Assembly: GCA_016934435.1 (NCBI GenBank)
Contig: JAFGSU010000291.1
Coordinates: 1-32,000 of the forward strand
Origin: Candidatus Zhuqueibacterota bacterium
GTDB taxonomy: Bacteria; Zhuqueibacterota; Zhuqueibacteria; Residuimicrobiales; Residuimicrobiaceae
Reading direction: 5' to 3'
Length of the DNA: 32,000 nt
The position numbers were made by a program, and so were the translations under genes. Of this stretch, positions 26,493-32,000 are shown one piece after another. A model generated the notes under the pieces. The model was given only the letters and a program-made list of their open reading frames with translations. It had not been told where the DNA came from and made no database searches. Positions within the stretch are counted from its first letter, which is position 1; each line of letters begins with the position of its first letter.

Positions 26493-28718
26493 TTGACGCC
26501 TAAAAAGACCGACATGGATTTACCGGAGGCTGTTCGCTACCTGCTTGCGCGCAAGGGTGGTAAAAGTCTGAAAGCGAAGGAAATCGCCCGGGAACTGCAC
26601 CTGGGCCAGGATGATTATCTGGAGTTACGAAAGACACTTCGTCAGCTGGTAGAAAAGGGCGAAATACTACGACTTCATAAAAATCGTTTCAGTGTGCCTG
26701 GCAAGGCATCGGTGGTAGCGGGTGTGTTGCGCGTCAATTCTCAGGGACATGGCACCGTAATCAGAGATGATGGGGCCGGAGAAGTTCTGGTCAGCCGCAA
26801 GAATATGGGCACAGCCCTGCACATGGACCATGTCAGCGTTCGGCTGTTTGCCGCAGTGAAGGATCAACGCCCCGAAGGACAGGTAGTAGAAATACTTTCA
26901 CGCGGCCGCAATCGCTTCGTCGGGACGTTGCGTCAGGGAAGAAAATTCGCTTATGTGGTGCCGGATGATATCAAAATTCAAACGGATATCATTATCAGCG
27001 AACCGGATAACTATTCAGCGCTGGACGGCCAAAAAGTGGTGGCCGTGATCGACACCTGGCCCGAAGCTCATCTTAATCCTGAAGGCCATATCATCCAGGT
27101 TTTAGGATTTGCGGATGAACCGGGTGTGGATGTACTTTCCATTATACATTCTTTTGAACTACCGACCACGTTTCCCGCCGGGGCTCTCGAAGAAAGCAAA
27201 TCCATACCCGGGCAAATTCCAACGGATGAACTGGCACGACGCCTGGACCTCAGAGACTGGCTTACGGTGACGATCGATCCCGAAGATGCAAAAGATTTCG
27301 ATGACGCCGTTTCACTACAAATTCTTAAAGACGGTCGATATCGATTGGGCGTTCATATCGCCGATGTCTCTTACTATGTGAAAACAGGCGGAGCCATTGA
27401 TCAAGAAGCGGAACAACGCGGGACTTCCGTCTATCTGGTCGACCGCGTTATCCCGATGTTGCCGGAAGTTATTTCGAACGAATTATGCAGTCTGTCCCAG
27501 GAACAAGACAAACTGTGTTTTTCGGTGCTAATGGATTTAACCCCATCAGGAGAATTGCTGCACTATGAACTGCATGAATCCGTCATTCGTAGCCGCAGGC
27601 GCTTTTCCTATGAGGAAGCGCAGGCCCTGCTCGAAAGTAAACAGGATGATGCGTTGACTCGTAGTTTGCAGAACATGTATCAATTATCGCGCAGCCTTTT
27701 GGCCAGGAGGCAGAAGCGCGGCAGTATCGATTTTGAGAGCCTGGAAGTCAAAGTGGAACTGGATGAACAGTCCCATCCCATCTCTTTGCATCCGCGTCAG
27801 CGCCTGGATACCCACCGTTTGATTGAGGAGTTTATGCTGCTGGCCAATGAAACCGTAGCCAGGCATGTTGGCGAGCTGACGTCAGGAGAAGCTGAGAGCG
27901 CCCACTTTTTTGTATATCGCGTTCATGAAAAGCCGGATCGCGACGGCATCGGAAACCTGTTGTTGTTAAGCAAAACATTTGGTTTTAATTTTGAGCCACC
28001 CAAACGCATTACGCCCGGTTATTTCCAGCGCATATCAAAGGCCTTCTCACAACATCCTTCTTCCGCTGTTTTGCAGGATGCTTTATTGCGCACCATGATG
28101 AAAGCCAAATATACAACGGAGAATATCGGGCATTTTGGTCTGGCTTATAAATTTTACACCCATTTCACATCTCCAATTCGTCGCTATCCCGATCTGATGG
28201 TCCATCGGCTTCTTAAGGCCTATAGTCAAGAGCAGAACGGCCAGCCTTATACAAAAAACGAATTGGAGGAGAAATGCAAACAGGCGAGCCAGGCTGAAGT
28301 GCGGGCGCAGGAAGCCGAGCGCGCATCGGTCAAGATGAAGCAGATAGAATTTATGGAAAGACATCTGGGCGATATCTTTGATGGAACCATCTGCCGGATT
28401 GTGCCCTTTGGCATTTTTGTTCATCTGCCGGAATTTTTACTAGATGGACTGGTTCATATCTCTGATTTACGTGACGATTATTACCTGTTCGAGGAGGACC
28501 AGCATCGCCTGGTAGGGCAATATACCGGTAACCGATATAAATTAGGAGAGAAAGTCAGGATTCGCGTCTCCCGGGTCGATCGTAACGAGCGCTTGATCGA
28601 TTTTATCCTGATAAATAAAAACGGCGATAAAAAAGAAAAAAATGCTTCCAATGTTAATAAATCTTTTGTAAAATATAAGAGAGATCATAAAAACAAGCGT
28701 CGTGGCAGAAAATCTTAA
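26493..28718 (+). CDS. rnr: ribonuclease R
   Basis: The RNB catalytic domain (IDPEDAKDFDDA, HFGLAYKFYTHFTSPIRRYPDL), a C-terminal S1 domain (GTICRIVPFGIFVHL) and a Lys-rich tail are present. The start is uncertain: TTG 26493 or ATG 26514. Confidence 0.93.
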   Translation: MTPKKTDMDLPEAVRYLLARKGGKSLKAKEIARELHLGQDDYLELRKTLRQLVEKGEILRLHKNRFSVPGKASVVAGVLRVNSQGHGTVIRDDGAGEVLVSRKNMGTALHMDHVSVRLFAAVKDQRPEGQVVEILSRGRNRFVGTLRQGRKFAYVVPDDIKIQTDIIISEPDNYSALDGQKVVAVIDTWPEAHLNPEGHIIQVLGFADEPGVDVLSIIHSFELPTTFPAGALEESKSIPGQIPTDELARRLDLRDWLTVTIDPEDAKDFDDAVSLQILKDGRYRLGVHIADVSYYVKTGGAIDQEAEQRGTSVYLVDRVIPMLPEVISNELCSLSQEQDKLCFSVLMDLTPSGELLHYELHESVIRSRRRFSYEEAQALLESKQDDALTRSLQNMYQLSRSLLARRQKRGSIDFESLEVKVELDEQSHPISLHPRQRLDTHRLIEEFMLLANETVARHVGELTSGEAESAHFFVYRVHEKPDRDGIGNLLLLSKTFGFNFEPPKRITPGYFQRISKAFSQHPSSAVLQDALLRTMMKAKYTTENIGHFGLAYKFYTHFTSPIRRYPDLMVHRLLKAYSQEQNGQPYTKNELEEKCKQASQAEVRAQEAERASVKMKQIEFMERHLGDIFDGTICRIVPFGIFVHLPEFLLDGLVHISDLRDDYYLFEEDQHRLVGQYTGNRYKLGEKVRIRVSRVDRNERLIDFILINKNGDKKEKNASNVNKSFVKYKRDHKNKRRGRKS

Positions 28719-28732
28719 GGATAGGTAAAACC

Positions 28733-29446
28733 ATGAGTGATGTTTTACGAATTATCTCACAAACAGAGATCGCAAGGGGAACTCTTGAGGTGACCCTGCA
28801 AAAGCCCGATCAGTTCACCTATCTCGCCGGTCAAAATATCAATCTGAGATTGCCTGAATTGCGTTATGAGGACGAAAAAGGACCCCGCCGCACATTTACT
28901 CTGACGTCTGCGCCTCATGAGCCGCACCTGCTTATCGCAACCCGGTTAAGCGGCAGTGGCTACAAAAAGACGCTGGCAGAACTTGAAGCCGGCAGTGTAT
29001 GCGAATTCGTTGGGCCGCAGGGGAAATTCGTTTATGATGATAAAGTTGAAAAATCGGTTTGGCTTGCAGGCGGCATCGGTATTACGCCGTTTCGCAGCAT
29101 GTTGTTGCATGCCGACAAGCAGGAAACGTTCCCGGATATCACGCTTCTTTATGGCAATGCCGATATTGCCAGTACGGCTTATCATGATCTATTGGTACAG
29201 GTCGCAGAACGTCAAAAGTCGTTTCACTATGTACCCAGTCTTACCGAGCTCGCGGAAAATGATTCCTGGCAGGGGGAACGCCGGTTGATAAGCCTTGACG
29301 TTATTCAGGAATACCTGCCTGATTGGGAGGAAGTGACTTATTTTCTTTGTGGCCCTCCCGGCATGATTAAAGCCCTGACCGAACAATTGCAATCGGCGGG
29401 CCTGTCTGAAGAGAAGATTCGATCAGAGTCGCTTTGGGGCTATTGA
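28733..29446 (+). CDS. FNR-like FAD/NAD(P)H-binding oxidoreductase
   Basis: The FAD-binding RxFT/S motif (RRTFTLTS), nucleotide-binding GGIGITPFRSM, CGPPGM and a C-terminal aromatic residue (WGY) are typical of the ferredoxin-NADP reductase fold. No Fe-S domain is present. Confidence 0.7.
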   Translation: MSDVLRIISQTEIARGTLEVTLQKPDQFTYLAGQNINLRLPELRYEDEKGPRRTFTLTSAPHEPHLLIATRLSGSGYKKTLAELEAGSVCEFVGPQGKFVYDDKVEKSVWLAGGIGITPFRSMLLHADKQETFPDITLLYGNADIASTAYHDLLVQVAERQKSFHYVPSLTELAENDSWQGERRLISLDVIQEYLPDWEEVTYFLCGPPGMIKALTEQLQSAGLSEEKIRSESLWGY

Positions 29447-29557
29447 GTTGAAGGATAGAGTCTGAAGAAAAATCCGATTACAAGCGTGTTTGTAATATAA
29501 CCATTCCGGCTCGTTTAAAATACTCCAGCGTGATTGATCTTTATAAAGGAGGTACAT

Positions 29558-30931
29558 ATGCGAAAGCCTCTCTATTTTACCCTCATAGTCCTGCTGGTTA
29601 TCATCCTCAGCGGGTCCATCCAATCTCCTGAAAGAGCCTTATTCGTTGATGATGAAATTCTGGTCAAAATCAGTCCACAGATAACGTCTTCAGAAATCCA
29701 GGGTATTTTCGATACCATTGATGCCGTGGTGCTGGATATGTTTCCTTCCATAGATGTCTGGCGACTGAAAATCGCTGATGAATATGGCCTCGAGGAAGCG
29801 CTTCAGATCATCAGGGAATTGGAGCCGGTGATCTATGCGGAACCCAACTATGTCATACGCGCTTCTATTCAACCCAATGATCCGGAATTCAATCGTTTGT
29901 GGGGATTAAACAATACCGGGCAAACGGGAGGTACCGTTGCGGCCGATGTTCGCGCACTGGCGGCCTGGGATGTTATCACGGGATCCTCGCAGGTGGTCAT
30001 CGGTATTTTTGACTCGGGTTTGGACATCAGCCACCCTGATTTACAGCAAAACGTCTATATCAATCAAGGAGAAGACGCCTGGGCTGATGCAAATGATCCG
30101 GGCAGCGGCAATCAAATCGATGACGATGGCAATGGCTATGTGGATGACAGAATGGGCTACAACTTTGTTTCCAACAGCAATTCGCCTTTTGATGATAATG
30201 GACATGGCACCCATGTTGCCGGTATTGCCGGTGCAGTAGGTAACAACGGCGCCGGTATTGTCGGAGTTAATTGGCGCATTAAACTTTTGCCGATTAAAAT
30301 ACTCGATGCCAAGGGCGATGGCAATGTAGCCATGGCTATTAAGGCTATTGATTATGCAATAAAGGCCGGTATTAAAGTGGTGAATTGCAGCTGGGGTGGC
30401 AGCGGTTATTCCAGCGCATTGTATGATGCGTTGGCATTGGCCAATACCCGGGGTATACTTTTTATAGCGGCGGCGGGTAATAACGGTGTCAATACCGATC
30501 AATTACCGGAATATCCGGCGGGGTATGATTTGCCGAATATTATTTCTGTGGCAGCCACGGACCATATGGATCGACGCGCGTTATGGGGAGATGAGGAGGA
30601 GGAAGGCAGCAATGATTGCGGTTTCAGTTGCTCGAGCGTCATGGCAGCTGTACCCGGTTCCAATTTCGGACCACAAACGGTGGATTTGGCTGCGCCGGGC
30701 AAGGAAATTTTTTCGACTATTCCCGGCAGTTATGGTTTGTTATCGGGCACTTCGATGGCGACTCCTTTTGTAACGGGCGCTGCCGGCTTGTTGTTGGCCA
30801 AACGCGCCGATCTGACATCACAGCAGATCAAAGATCAAATCCTCAACAACGTGGACCCGATCACAGCCTTCACCGGGCTTTCGGTGACGGGCGGCAGATT
30901 GAATGTGGTCAGGGCTCTGCAAAATCTGTAA
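29558..30931 (+). CDS. secreted S8 family (subtilisin-like) serine peptidase with I9-type propeptide
   Basis: A signal peptide (MRKPLYFTLIVLLVIILSG) is followed by the catalytic Asp (IFDSGLD), His (HGTHVAG) and Ser (SGTSMATP). ATG 29558 follows AAAGGAGG. The ORF track opens at 29534. Confidence 0.9.
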   Translation: MRKPLYFTLIVLLVIILSGSIQSPERALFVDDEILVKISPQITSSEIQGIFDTIDAVVLDMFPSIDVWRLKIADEYGLEEALQIIRELEPVIYAEPNYVIRASIQPNDPEFNRLWGLNNTGQTGGTVAADVRALAAWDVITGSSQVVIGIFDSGLDISHPDLQQNVYINQGEDAWADANDPGSGNQIDDDGNGYVDDRMGYNFVSNSNSPFDDNGHGTHVAGIAGAVGNNGAGIVGVNWRIKLLPIKILDAKGDGNVAMAIKAIDYAIKAGIKVVNCSWGGSGYSSALYDALALANTRGILFIAAAGNNGVNTDQLPEYPAGYDLPNIISVAATDHMDRRALWGDEEEEGSNDCGFSCSSVMAAVPGSNFGPQTVDLAAPGKEIFSTIPGSYGLLSGTSMATPFVTGAAGLLLAKRADLTSQQIKDQILNNVDPITAFTGLSVTGGRLNVVRALQNL

Positions 30932-30948
30932 AAAGGGAGGAGGCTGAT

Positions 30949-31245
30949 ATGCCTACTTTTATTCTTATGACCAAGTTGTCGCCGGAAGTGGCGAAGCAGG
31001 TTCGGGATCGCGCAGAATTGGGTCGTGCCTGGCTCGAACAGGTGAAAGAAAAATGCCCGGAGGTCAATTTTATTGCTCATTACGCGCTTTTGGGTCGATT
31101 CGATTTTATCGACATCTACGAAGCGCCCAATGAAGAGATTGCCGCCAAAGTGTCCATGATTTCCATGTCAAACGGAGCCTATCAATCTGAAAGTTTGCTC
31201 GCGATCCCATACAAGCGGTTTGTTGAATTGTCGGATGAAATTTAA
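30949..31245 (+). CDS. GYD domain-containing protein
   Basis: The 98-aa product has GYD-family layout (LLGRFDFIDIYEAPNEEIAAKV...). ATG 30949 follows AAGGGAGGAGG. The 209-aa ORF from 30616 is only an in-frame upstream extension that overlaps the protease gene. Confidence 0.75.
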   Translation: MPTFILMTKLSPEVAKQVRDRAELGRAWLEQVKEKCPEVNFIAHYALLGRFDFIDIYEAPNEEIAAKVSMISMSNGAYQSESLLAIPYKRFVELSDEI

Positions 31246-31456
31246 GACTTCTGCGACCGGATTTGGTAGTGGTTTACCGCGAGCGATCATCAATCCCCAG
31301 TTTGGTATTTACTTTCGAACCGAACTGATATGATGCCACCTACAGGATTAACCAAGTAACCTGTAGACACCGAATGGGTGTCATCGAGTATGACGGGTAT
31401 GTTCCGTTTCCAGAAAAAATAAAACGCAACAAAGAGATAAAATGATTAGAATTGTC

Positions 31457-31485
31457 TTGCATCTATTCATTGATCTTTGTAAAAT
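31457..31485 (+). promoter_or_regulatory. candidate sigma-70 promoter for pyrR (TTGCAT-17 nt-TAAAAT)
   Basis: A near-consensus hexamer pair with 17-nt spacing ends 55 nt upstream of the pyrR ATG. Confidence 0.5.
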
Positions 31486-31498
31486 TTATGCTGAGTAA

Positions 31499-32000
<502 letters not shown>

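Noticed and set aside
29477-29496. An inverted repeat ATTACAA-N6-TTGTAAT between the FNR-like gene and the S8 protease gene, considered as a possible terminator or operator.
   Set aside because: The 7-bp stem is AT-only, no U-tract follows and no second copy exists. This is easily a chance occurrence in an AT-rich spacer, so there is not enough to call.
30616-31245. A 209-aa + strand ORF overlapping the 3' third of the protease gene.
   Set aside because: Only the last 98 codons (from ATG 30949, preceded by a strong GGGAGGAGG SD) look like a real protein (GYD family). The upstream 111 codons are an out-of-frame read of the S8 gene.
31374-31445. A 23-codon ORF (MGVIEYDGYVPFPEKIKRNKEIK) in the spacer upstream of pyrR, considered as a possible pyr leader peptide.
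   Set aside because: It has no SD and ends upstream of the best promoter candidate (31457-31485), so it would not be on the pyrR leader transcript. It is most likely chance.

Overview
The window is a gap-poor run of about 30 protein-coding genes, all on the + strand. Many are translationally coupled through 1-, 4- or 8-nt start/stop overlaps. Family calls below come from motifs I recognise by eye; no searches were run.

Content is mostly bacterial housekeeping:
- Recombination and repair: ybaB-recR, then pgpA-cinA-thpR-recA-recX.
- Translation and RNA: alaS, hflX, rpmE, prfA, prmC, rnr.
- Transcription: rho and a sigma-54 NtrC-type response regulator.
- Envelope and sugar metabolism: gmhA, a phosphomanno/phosphoglucomutase, a CpsB-like PHP phosphatase and a GGGPS/PcrB-type prenyltransferase.
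- Other: folC, an orphan MalK-type ABC ATPase, an FNR-like flavoprotein, a secreted S8 protease, a GYD protein and the 5' part of pyrR.

I see no rRNA or tRNA genes, CRISPR arrays, transposases, integrases or obvious defence genes. I do not find a clear novel multi-gene system, and this looks like core chromosome. The observations most worth a second look are:
1. A DUF1385 gene immediately upstream of prfA-prmC is interrupted by a single in-frame TAA.
2. An archaeal-type (GGGPS family) ether-lipid prenyltransferase is tightly linked to a PHP phosphatase and gmhA.
3. An overlap-coupled chain runs hflX, sigma-54 response regulator, secreted Reg_prop beta-propeller protein, folC, with no histidine kinase.
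4. Two unexplained noncoding spacers of about 300 nt each contain hairpins.
5. Long homopolymer tracts (G9, G8, A10) sit inside coding regions.

The Reg_prop, BatA-N and GGGPS-family genes hint at an FCB-superphylum-like or related uncultivated lineage, but that is inference only.
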